From a virus (taxonomy: Duplodnaviria > Caudoviricetes), in the IMG/VR virus record IMGVR_UViG_3300034065_000151, positions 76,767 through 140,766 of that record: DNA of 64,000 nt. The stretch is one strand, 5' to 3'. A program made the position numbers and the translations under genes. The notes beneath the pieces were generated by a model. That model was not told the DNA's origin and did not search any database. It was given only the letters and a program-made list of their open reading frames with translations. Shown one piece after another: positions 8,927-17,225 of this stretch (within the stretch, counting starts at the first letter, position 1; each line of letters starts with the position of its first letter).

Positions 8927-9183
8927 GGGTTGGATAAGGTATAGATACACAAGTTTCTGGCCTGTGTAAGTCGGGTTAAACATTCAAATAATATGCCAGG
9001 AGTAACTAAATTGCCACTAGTCATATGACAAAGCTGTAAAATAGATGATTCAATTTCATTAATTGTTTTCTGATCAGGAATCACCGCTTTAAAATGAGTC
9101 TCAATAAAATATATTGGATCATGTATTAAACTAGCTTGTTGAGATAGGGTTAACTTTGGTGGTGGTATATTATTGTATGTCAT
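8923..9183 (-). CDS. small protein with a terminase large subunit N-terminal motif
   Basis: HDPIYFIETHFK resembles the DPxYFIxxY segment of T4-type gp17. Confidence 0.5.
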   Translation of the reverse strand: MTYNNIPPPKLTLSQQASLIHDPIYFIETHFKAVIPDQKTINEIESSILQLCHMTSGNLVTPGILFECLTRLTQARNLCIYTLSNP

Positions 9184-9581
9184 TCAGCATCATCTTCCGG
9201 GATAACATTAACACCAAGCAAATTGATATCAGTAATTTCTTTTGTACCATTATCTCGCATGTGTACATTACCTGTAGAATAAGAGCGATAAGAAACTGGA
9301 ACATGACCATTTATTAAGGTTTCTAATATATGTCCCTGATGTGTATCAGCAACTTTAATTGTACCAATCATGTTACCTCCTTCTAGTTTCAAATCAGAAA
9401 CAGTAAAGGCTACATCTTTTTGATCTATAGTACAACCAATTGAACAACCAATAATTCCAGGCAATGGCTGGTTCTTAGCCTTCCATTCATCAATCGCTTT
9501 TTGTAAAGCTTCTGATGAGTAACAATTGCCATTCCGTGTTGGTACATCAGCTTTTAATATATCAACCTTAAATTCTTCCAT
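9180..9581 (-). CDS. degenerate T4 gp21-like prohead protease (probably inactive)
   Basis: ADVPTRNGNCY, TIDxxDVAF and GTIKVADTHQGHILETLI align to gp21; catalytic GELxHP reads GIIGCS and GVSSRG reads VSYRSYS. Confidence 0.7.
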   Translation of the reverse strand: MEEFKVDILKADVPTRNGNCYSSEALQKAIDEWKAKNQPLPGIIGCSIGCTIDQKDVAFTVSDLKLEGGNMIGTIKVADTHQGHILETLINGHVPVSYRSYSTGNVHMRDNGTKEITDINLLGVNVIPEDDAE

Positions 9582-9582
9582 C

Positions 9583-11553
9583 TCAGTCTCCTAAAATTCG
9601 GGAAAAGCCCGATTCCTTTCTAACTACGACCGTTTTATCAAATCGGCCGACAGCCTCAGGACGATGTGAAATAATCCACATACTCAAATTATCTTCCCGA
9701 GTCTTACCCTTCAACAACTTAAATATGTTATTAACACCTAATGAATCCAAACCACCATCAATCTCATCAACAAACAAACAGTTCACATGAGAATGTAAAT
9801 GATGCAATACATCCCTAAATGATAATGACAATGAAAGATTAACACGTTTCTTTTCACCACTGGAAAGGTTACCGAAATCCAATTCACGACCATACTGTAC
9901 CACAGTACAGCTCATATCATCATCAAACTTAATAACATGAGGTAAACCCAATTCTCTGGTGTAATAAAATAAACGCTTATTCAAGAATGGAATTGTACGG
10001 CTAATAATTGTACGACGGATAAATGAATTCTTATCAGTTAACAGTTTCAATAGGAATTGCTGATGTTCTATCAGTTTCTTCAATCTATCAAGTTCTGTAT
10101 AATCAACTATATTTATAGGACTTTTCAACAGTTCTTCATGGGCTTCAATATGAGGATTAACAAGAACTGGTTGGTTTTTAAGCTGTTCAAGCACCTCAAT
10201 ATATGGATTAACTGGAATAGGCTGATTTTTAAGTTGTTCAAATACCTCAGTATATGGATTACTTGAATCCTTTAACTCTTTTATTTTGTTTTCAGCAATA
10301 ACAGCATTAGATTCAGCTTTAAGAACTTCTTCAAGACTGCCAAATTTCATTACTTCTAATGCTGATTTCTTATCATTCAATAATGTTGCTAGTTCTGCAT
10401 TTCTAATATTAATTTCATGAATCCATGTATTAACACTTGTTTCTTTATCATGAATAGATTCTTTTAATCCACTTATTTTCTTAGCAGCACCTTCAAATTT
10501 CTGTAAACAGTATGGACACTTTTCATCTACTAAATGCGATAATTCTTTAGTCAGTTTTTTAATATCTGTTTCTAAAATCAAATTATCTTTTTTTAATCCA
10601 TTAATCTCATTAGTGAGTCTGGTTTCTTCTGTTTTAATTCCATTAACTAATACATGAAGTTCCTTTTCTACTTCACTATCAAATGTGGAAATTAAATCAT
10701 AATCTTTTTGCAATTTAACAAGTTGGGATTGTTTTTCAGTATCCCATTTGGTGATACGATCTTCTGCTTCCTTAAGCTGTTTAACCGTTTGTTTTTCTGT
10801 ATCAGTATCCCATTTTTCAATACGATCTTTTGCTTCTTGAAGCTGATTAGCATATTGATTTACTGTATCATTATCCCATTTAGTAACACGCTCCTCGGCA
10901 TTTTTAACTTGCTTCTGGAATAAAGCTGATTGAGATTCCTGCTCTTTGATAACAGCTTCTTGAATAGCCGCATTACTTTCAGTTGCTTTGATAATAGCTT
11001 TCAACTTGATTGCCTTCTCAGACAACAAAGTGATATTAAACAATTCTTCAATCTGTGCACGTTGTTGAGCAACTGGCATCAACAAGAATGGGGTTGAGTC
11101 ACCGGAGAATACAATGATCTTAGTAAACAGTTCATAACTGATACCAATAACTTCAAGGATTAACTTATTGGTTTCTGCAGCACTTGCACAAGTAATATCT
11201 TCACCATTCTTAGTGAATGTGATTTCAGTTGATTCACCACGACTGCGATATATCTCATATGTGTCAATACCCTTATCAAAGAATAAGCGTACTTCCAACA
11301 TGGTTTTCTTCAGATTATTGGTTGCATTAATCAATCGCTGAAGCGATATCTGGCTTAATGGTTTATCATAAACCGCATAGACCAATGTATTAAGAATGGT
11401 GGTTTTACCGGAACCATTAGCACCATCATTATCAAGATTCTCGCCTTGAAGATGGGTAGTACCAGGATCACTTAAATCGATGACTGTGGTTTGATTACCA
11501 AAGGATAATACATTGCGGATATGTAGTTCTTTAAAACGAATTGGAATACTCAT
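9583..11553 (-). CDS. gp46: recombination exonuclease ATPase subunit (Rad50/SbcC-like)
   Basis: Walker A GANGSGKT, CPYC zinc hook, signature LSSGEK, Walker B FVDE, H-loop ISH. Confidence 0.95.
   Translation of the reverse strand: MSIPIRFKELHIRNVLSFGNQTTVIDLSDPGTTHLQGENLDNDGANGSGKTTILNTLVYAVYDKPLSQISLQRLINATNNLKKTMLEVRLFFDKGIDTYEIYRSRGESTEITFTKNGEDITCASAAETNKLILEVIGISYELFTKIIVFSGDSTPFLLMPVAQQRAQIEELFNITLLSEKAIKLKAIIKATESNAAIQEAVIKEQESQSALFQKQVKNAEERVTKWDNDTVNQYANQLQEAKDRIEKWDTDTEKQTVKQLKEAEDRITKWDTEKQSQLVKLQKDYDLISTFDSEVEKELHVLVNGIKTEETRLTNEINGLKKDNLILETDIKKLTKELSHLVDEKCPYCLQKFEGAAKKISGLKESIHDKETSVNTWIHEINIRNAELATLLNDKKSALEVMKFGSLEEVLKAESNAVIAENKIKELKDSSNPYTEVFEQLKNQPIPVNPYIEVLEQLKNQPVLVNPHIEAHEELLKSPINIVDYTELDRLKKLIEHQQFLLKLLTDKNSFIRRTIISRTIPFLNKRLFYYTRELGLPHVIKFDDDMSCTVVQYGRELDFGNLSSGEKKRVNLSLSLSFRDVLHHLHSHVNCLFVDEIDGGLDSLGVNNIFKLLKGKTREDNLSMWIISHRPEAVGRFDKTVVVRKESGFSRILGD
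10125..10260 (-). repeat. three 51-bp (17-aa) tandem repeats in gp46
   Basis: NPYTEVFEQLKNQPIPV / NPYIEVLEQLKNQPVLV / NPHIEAHEELLK. Confidence 0.85.
10735..10900 (-). repeat. three 66-bp (22-aa) tandem repeats in gp46
   Basis: ATCCCA recurs at 10741, 10807 and 10873; peptide RVTKWD / RIEKWD / RITKWD. Confidence 0.85.
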
Positions 11554-12044
11554 AGGAAATAGATTAACTTTGCATTAGTACGGCTGAAATTTATACAGGG
11601 AATGAGTGTTTCACGCATCTCATCAAAGGCTTGTGGACTGAATTGTTTTGAAATAATAAGGTGGTCAACTGTTTTACCACGACCACCATGGGGACGGCTT
11701 ATTAGAAAAATACGATTACCATTTTCAAATTCAATTACATCCTTAGTAAATCTTTTAATTGGGATTCGATATAATTCGGGAATGCTATAAAAAATATCCC
11801 TTAACTGATATAAGATATAATCTTTTAAATTGGCATTAGAAGAAGGAGTGGCAATGATAACATTTTTATTACTTTGATATAAACAAACCCATAAAGTAAA
11901 CAACAAAACATCATCAACATCAGCACCATCTATCAGCTTATCTTCAAAGGTATTACTAAGATCCCTTCCACCATACATAGTTGAAAAGACTTCAAACTTT
12001 GTATGACTTTGTAGTTCAATAATTTGTTGTAAAGTATAGGTCAT
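11550..12044 (-). CDS. degenerate terminase large subunit ATPase fragment (no Walker A; Walker B lost)
   Basis: LWVCLYQSNKNVIIA, IPELYR, KDVIEFENGNRI, RGKTVDHLIISK and LIPCI match the gp17 ATPase core. Confidence 0.7.
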   Translation of the reverse strand: MTYTLQQIIELQSHTKFEVFSTMYGGRDLSNTFEDKLIDGADVDDVLLFTLWVCLYQSNKNVIIATPSSNANLKDYILYQLRDIFYSIPELYRIPIKRFTKDVIEFENGNRIFLISRPHGGRGKTVDHLIISKQFSPQAFDEMRETLIPCINFSRTNAKLIYFL

Positions 12045-12412
12045 GTGAAATATATTGCCCTTCCATTTTTTGGATCCATTGTTAACAAAAGCAATGCCAA
12101 CTGATTCTTGTATCGTTCTAACTCATCAATAATACCCATTGAACAAGCAATCACATTATGCTTTACATTAGCAAATGAATGCATGGTATTGATACCAACA
12201 AAACTGAAATTGCATTTGTTGTATAACTCGATATTAGCAATTGGATGTGGGTTGTATTGAAAGGGAATACTATTCATGGTTGTTAAGATACCAGATAGTT
12301 CAACCGCTTTATCATAAGCAACTATACCCTCTTTATAGATGACAAGATACTTTTCATCTGGACTGTTTTGACCAATCCGAATCATTTTATCAAAGAGATA
12401 GATTTCTTTCAT
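12041..12412 (-). CDS. hypothetical protein, possibly a more diverged terminase-ATPase-like paralog
   Basis: IELYNKCNFSF, GIIDE and terminal GRAIYFT loosely parallel the neighbouring 164-aa protein. Confidence 0.4.
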   Translation of the reverse strand: MKEIYLFDKMIRIGQNSPDEKYLVIYKEGIVAYDKAVELSGILTTMNSIPFQYNPHPIANIELYNKCNFSFVGINTMHSFANVKHNVIACSMGIIDELERYKNQLALLLLTMDPKNGRAIYFT

Positions 12413-13449
12413 AGTGTTTCATAGATTTCTACAAGAATATCAGGTTCGATAGTTACAGTACGAGTTACACCAGTTTTTAACATAGTAATGACTGCATCAT
12501 TTAATAAACTTAAATCAAGATCATCAATGGTTTCATCACCATTAATTGAGTTCTTTTTCTCTTCAGAATTTTCTTCCAGTGAGAACTCACGGAATGTACC
12601 AGCCTTCAGCATTTCATCCTTAAAGGACTGGGCATCTGAATAGCTAATATCTGTGTCAATAATACATTGTACCCGACATTTAGGTGGGAATGTTAAGGTT
12701 GGATCATTCAACACATCTGAAAGTTTTACCTTACGGAATGTTGGACAGCCTTCCCAATTAATAAAATCCACATCTTCTGTTCTGGTATCTAATATTGACA
12801 TACCACGATTTTCATCCCAAGCATCACCGAAGTTAGTTGGAAAGGTATTACCAATATAGATTACATTATCATTAGCTTGACGTTTGTGATAGTGACCAGA
12901 GAAGATATAAGTTGGGCCTTTAAAGACTTTATGATCTGGACCATGTTCCATCATTCTATCGGAACCGGTTACTACAAAGTTCTTGAATTCAAAGTGACCG
13001 AATACATATTTAGGCTTATGCTTTTTAATAATAGCTGCAGCATTACCATATTCTGCATCAAATAAGTATGGGAAGAATATACACTTTTCATTATCAATGT
13101 GGTCATTAAGTGGTTCGTCCACTAATCGAACATTTAAGAATTGAGTGTAATGATAAGTAGAGAATTGGTACCGGTCATTGCGATGATAAAGATCATGATT
13201 ACCAACCAGAAAATAGATTGGTAAGCCGAGTTTATTTAATTTATCTAAGGCATCATAGGAAGCATTTAATGTAGCTACATTAATTGCATTCCTATTTTCA
13301 AACCAGTCACCCATGAAAACAATAGTATCACATTTATTCTTCTTGACCTGAGACATAAACCAGTCTACATATTCCGTGCAGTCTTGGTTATGTTGATCAC
13401 TATTATTACGACATCCCCAATGGATGTCGGTAAACATTGCTATTTTCAT
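12409..13449 (-). CDS. gp47: recombination endonuclease subunit (Mre11/SbcD-like)
   Basis: DIHWG, GDWF, GNHD, GHFE and SGHYH phosphoesterase motifs. Confidence 0.95.
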   Translation of the reverse strand: MKIAMFTDIHWGCRNNSDQHNQDCTEYVDWFMSQVKKNKCDTIVFMGDWFENRNAINVATLNASYDALDKLNKLGLPIYFLVGNHDLYHRNDRYQFSTYHYTQFLNVRLVDEPLNDHIDNEKCIFFPYLFDAEYGNAAAIIKKHKPKYVFGHFEFKNFVVTGSDRMMEHGPDHKVFKGPTYIFSGHYHKRQANDNVIYIGNTFPTNFGDAWDENRGMSILDTRTEDVDFINWEGCPTFRKVKLSDVLNDPTLTFPPKCRVQCIIDTDISYSDAQSFKDEMLKAGTFREFSLEENSEEKKNSINGDETIDDLDLSLLNDAVITMLKTGVTRTVTIEPDILVEIYETL

Positions 13450-13451
13450 TA

Positions 13452-13673
13452 TTAACCTTGAACTTTATTCATTGTCCATTTACCATCACGGAAATCACCA
13501 CGAGGATCATATTGACCTTCGGTACCAAATCCATCATTATTACCATGGATATCATTAATCATGAATTCTAAATCCTGTGCAAATTCTTTTGCAAAGTTAT
13601 TATCTTCATTGGATAATTTAATAAGACGAGTCAATACTAATTCAATATTTTTTTGAATTTTTGTTTGCTTCAT
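13452..13673 (-). CDS. hypothetical protein
   Basis: 73-aa ORF coupled to gp55; GFGTEGQxDPRGD motif. Confidence 0.7.
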   Translation of the reverse strand: MKQTKIQKNIELVLTRLIKLSNEDNNFAKEFAQDLEFMINDIHGNNDGFGTEGQYDPRGDFRDGKWTMNKVQG

Positions 13674-14614
13674 TACTTTTCCTTTTTGGCTTTTGGCATT
13701 TTCAAAATTTTAAGTTCTTTAACAACTTTAGGAGCTTTGACAGGTTTCTCTTTTTTAACTTTAGGAACCTTTAGCTTTACTACTTTTTCTTTCTTAACCT
13801 TAACAGGTTTCTCCACTGCAACTTCACCTTCGGGCTTTGGTTTACGCTGGAACATAATCCGTTTAGGAGGTGGAGCTTTAACTGGTAATGCGGCGACTTC
13901 ATCAACCTTACCAACAGCACCTTCTCGGATTGAAATAGCACCAGTTTCTGGGTCTATAATTATATCTTCTGCTTTGTATGTGGTAATAGAGCTTGGTGAT
14001 TTCCCCCGATTCCGTACTCGATCTTCAAATGGAGTAACTGGACATTGTGTTGGTGCTTTAGGAACATCGACAAGAACACCATCAACTAAGACTTTCTGTT
14101 GAAGTAGTTCTTCATCTTCGGCTTCTAAAAGGAACTGATTATATACTTCTACATGCTCATCTGATTCTTTAATTTCAAAATGAGATTCATCTTTTTCACC
14201 TTGTAAGAAATTGTATGATGGATTTGATCCAGCATCAATTAATAACATATCTCTAATATTTCGGTGTTTTTTCTCATCAGCAATACATTGTAAGAACGTA
14301 TTGTGAATAGCAGATGTGTAGTATGAGAAGGGATTTGGTTTATCACTTCTATCAAGATCAAAGTTTAAAGCGTTTTTACATAGATTTTCAACTGCAGTCG
14401 AAACCATATCAGCTCTAAAGGTATAATTTACAAAGTTACCTTTACGTGAATAGCGCTCTGCAATCATCCATATCATGGCGATAAGTTCACTTGTCACTTC
14501 ATTCAGTTCTTTGGCTTTGATAACTTCTGGTAATAATACACCATTCGTTACGTAATGCCCAACTTCACTTGTGGATTTCTCTCTTTTTACTCGTTTTGCT
14601 TTAGTTTGAATCAA
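13673..14614 (-). CDS. gp55: late-transcription sigma factor with a long C-terminal extension
   Basis: HYVTN, IAERYSRKGNFVNYTF, DMV, NFD..NPFSYYT and EKK motifs; T4-like 55-47-46 gene order; TTG start. Confidence 0.85.
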   Translation of the reverse strand: MIQTKAKRVKREKSTSEVGHYVTNGVLLPEVIKAKELNEVTSELIAMIWMIAERYSRKGNFVNYTFRADMVSTAVENLCKNALNFDLDRSDKPNPFSYYTSAIHNTFLQCIADEKKHRNIRDMLLIDAGSNPSYNFLQGEKDESHFEIKESDEHVEVYNQFLLEAEDEELLQQKVLVDGVLVDVPKAPTQCPVTPFEDRVRNRGKSPSSITTYKAEDIIIDPETGAISIREGAVGKVDEVAALPVKAPPPKRIMFQRKPKPEGEVAVEKPVKVKKEKVVKLKVPKVKKEKPVKAPKVVKELKILKMPKAKKEK

Positions 14615-14659
14615 AATCTGCTTCCCCTTTGTTTAATGCTACAATAAGGGATTAGTTGT

Positions 14660-14668
14660 ATTATAACA
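14660..14668 (-). promoter_or_regulatory. sigma70-type extended -10 promoter for the gp55-47-46 operon
   Basis: TGTTATAAT in the divergent intergenic region. Confidence 0.55.
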
Positions 14669-14691
14669 CGATTTTCAAAAGAAGGGAAACT

Positions 14692-14699
14692 AATAAATA
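14692..14699 (+). promoter_or_regulatory. late promoter variant AATAAATA
   Basis: Upstream of the 14726 gene. Confidence 0.5.
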
Positions 14700-14725
14700 A
14701 AAGAACGATATATCCAGGATAAAAT

Positions 14726-15421
14726 ATGCAAGAATTTACTACCCTTTTCGAAGCAGCTTTGAGCCCAGAAGCAACCAAAAAAGTTGCTGTCTTTGTGGGT
14801 AGATTTCAACCACCAACCCAAGGCCATTACACTGTCATCGACTTCATCAAGAAATTCATCCGTGATCATAAAAACCTTGGACTAGAAGCTAATCCTGTTA
14901 TCGTCATTATTGATAATGATAAGTCAAACCAAGACAAATCCCGTAACCCTTTATCTGTTGCCGATAGGGAAACATTTATGAAGGCATCTGGTAAAGCTAA
15001 TGGTTGTGTATTCTTTGATGCACACAATGCATTTGCTGCTTTTGCTGACCTACGAGACAAAGGATATGAACCAATTGCGATCGCGGCCGGTTCAGATAAT
15101 GTTGACAATTATATACATATTTTAGACCAGTACTTTAAGACTGATGATGATAAGGATATCAAGCATTATAAAATTCAGTTAGGTCGTACTGGCAATTCAA
15201 TAGAATCCAATAAAGAAGAAAAAATCAAAGGATTGGATTATGCACTCACCCACCTGGAAGATACTGGCGATATTAAAGTTAGTAACATTTCGGCATCATT
15301 AGCACGCTTTGCTGTTAAGAAAGATAAACTTGAACTATTTGCTAAGATCGTTGGGTTAGAAAATAAATTACCTTTAGCTAAGACTATGTTCAATAAAATA
15401 GCTAAAACTGTTAAGGAATAA
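14726..15421 (+). CDS. cytidylyltransferase-like (HxGH) nucleotidyltransferase
   Basis: VGRFQPPTQGH, RNPLS, AGSD and ISAS motifs. Confidence 0.8.
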   Translation: MQEFTTLFEAALSPEATKKVAVFVGRFQPPTQGHYTVIDFIKKFIRDHKNLGLEANPVIVIIDNDKSNQDKSRNPLSVADRETFMKASGKANGCVFFDAHNAFAAFADLRDKGYEPIAIAAGSDNVDNYIHILDQYFKTDDDKDIKHYKIQLGRTGNSIESNKEEKIKGLDYALTHLEDTGDIKVSNISASLARFAVKKDKLELFAKIVGLENKLPLAKTMFNKIAKTVKE

Positions 15422-15423
15422 CT

Positions 15424-16812
15424 ATGGCTACACTTTCCCAATTACAAGATAATGTAAATGCATATACTGAAAATGTAACTCAAGCAACTAATACATTACA
15501 AGTAGCTCAAACTAATCTTAATACTATTGTTGCTGATCCTAATAGTACAATAGCACAGAAAAGTACTGCACAAATAGCTGTTGGTGATGCTCAAACTGAA
15601 TTAAATGATAATCAACATAATTTGAATATTGCTCAAGGGGAATTAGATGCTGCACAAGCCTCTAGTAATCAACCATTACCTGTTCAAACAACTGCACCAC
15701 AATCTATCATCTCAGATAACTCAATCCCTACCCCTGCCCTCAAAGCTGCTGAAGGTAGAGATAAACAAGCTGAAACTGGTAATGGTGCCATCTTTACTAA
15801 TTCTGATGCTAACTCAACTAATATAGTTAATACACAAACAGGTACAGTTTCTGTTGTTGATACGACAACTGGAGTAGTTGTTGGTTCTGCTGGTACAACT
15901 CCAACTGGTACTCAGCCTGCTAATACAGTTCCTGTTTCATCTGTTCCATTATCAACCAATGAACGTAAAGTTATCATTACTGGTAACCCAACTACTGGTG
16001 GTGGTGATGTTGTTATCTTTGATGCAATGCCTCAGATTCAAGAACAAGGATCAGCAAATTATGAAAGCTTTACACCTATACAACATCCAGGTGAAATCTT
16101 AAAATACAAAGGATCATCAGCGAGAAGTTGGAATATCACCGCACATTTTATTTCCAGAACATCAGCTGAAGCTACTCGTAATATCTATATGCTTAATTTA
16201 ATCAGAAGTTGGCGTATGCCATACTATGGACAAGGTACAGCTACTAATCCAGCAACACAACAATTTTTGGGTGCCCCTCCTCCAATCCTTACCTTAAGTG
16301 CATACGGAGATTCAATGGTAGGACCTGTTAAGTGTGTTCTTGAAAACTATGGTACTGACTTTCCAAATGATGTTGATTATATACCAGCGATTGATGGTAC
16401 ACCATTTCCGGTTATTATGAATATAACAGTAACCCTAAAAGAATCATGGTCTCCTGCAGAATATAGTGGATTCGATTTACAATCATATCGCCTCGGAGAT
16501 ATGAAAGCGGCTTTTACAAAGAGAGCTCCATCACCACAGTTATTATCTAATCAGACACCTGCTCAAACAGCAATGACTTTACCGACTTTTTCAGCTGCAG
16601 AACCTGTTAACTTAAATCAATTCCAGGTTAATGCAGCAGGACCTATTACTATGCCTACTAGTTTAGCTGCTAAACAATCATTTGGCCAGGGTGATACTCA
16701 GTTACTAAATTCCAAAGCAATACAAAATTCATTAGCTGATGTTAGTTCATATGGTTCTAGTGCTCCTGAACCATCATTAACTGATCAACTTGGACCGTTA
16801 CAAGGACCTTAA
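15424..16812 (+). CDS. tail tube initiator / baseplate-tube junction protein (gp48/gp54-like)
   Basis: Central tube-fold-like segment (YKGSSARSW..GAPPPILTL..PVIMNITVTLKES) directly before the gp53-like gene. Confidence 0.55.
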   Translation: MATLSQLQDNVNAYTENVTQATNTLQVAQTNLNTIVADPNSTIAQKSTAQIAVGDAQTELNDNQHNLNIAQGELDAAQASSNQPLPVQTTAPQSIISDNSIPTPALKAAEGRDKQAETGNGAIFTNSDANSTNIVNTQTGTVSVVDTTTGVVVGSAGTTPTGTQPANTVPVSSVPLSTNERKVIITGNPTTGGGDVVIFDAMPQIQEQGSANYESFTPIQHPGEILKYKGSSARSWNITAHFISRTSAEATRNIYMLNLIRSWRMPYYGQGTATNPATQQFLGAPPPILTLSAYGDSMVGPVKCVLENYGTDFPNDVDYIPAIDGTPFPVIMNITVTLKESWSPAEYSGFDLQSYRLGDMKAAFTKRAPSPQLLSNQTPAQTAMTLPTFSAAEPVNLNQFQVNAAGPITMPTSLAAKQSFGQGDTQLLNSKAIQNSLADVSSYGSSAPEPSLTDQLGPLQGP

Positions 16813-16814
16813 TT

Positions 16815-17225
16815 ATGACAACTACAACTCCAATTGGAACAAACCTTTCCACTAATAATACCAATAGTCTATACAATAAATACTCTCGCTATGAACGTGG
16901 CGGTTTATCTGAACAAGCTAATGGATTTATTGAATGGTGGGAACGTACTGTATTCCCTAAAGATGCTACTGATATCACTTATGCAGTAGAAAACTTCTAT
17001 GCTCAACGCCTTGATCTTATTGCTAGTGTCTTTTATGATGAACCAAGATGGTGGTGGATCATTGCTCAATACAATAATATTTTAGATCCATTTACAGAAA
17101 TAACTGCCGGCCGTGTTTTATTAATACCAACCAAAGCCAGACTCAATTTAATGTTGCCTACTAATCAAGGCGGTACAGGTTCTACAAGAGAATCAGTTAA
17201 TCTTATATCTCCTATTATATCATAA
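16815..17225 (+). CDS. gp53: LysM-like baseplate wedge protein
   Basis: RLDLIASVFYDEPRWWWIIAQYNNILDP. Confidence 0.8.
   Translation: MTTTTPIGTNLSTNNTNSLYNKYSRYERGGLSEQANGFIEWWERTVFPKDATDITYAVENFYAQRLDLIASVFYDEPRWWWIIAQYNNILDPFTEITAGRVLLIPTKARLNLMLPTNQGGTGSTRESVNLISPIIS

Noticed and set aside
8923-12044. Split functional terminase gene (intron or intein fragments)
   Set aside because: The fragments are in the wrong order for the minus strand, are separated by gp46, and lack Walker A/B and the nuclease domain.
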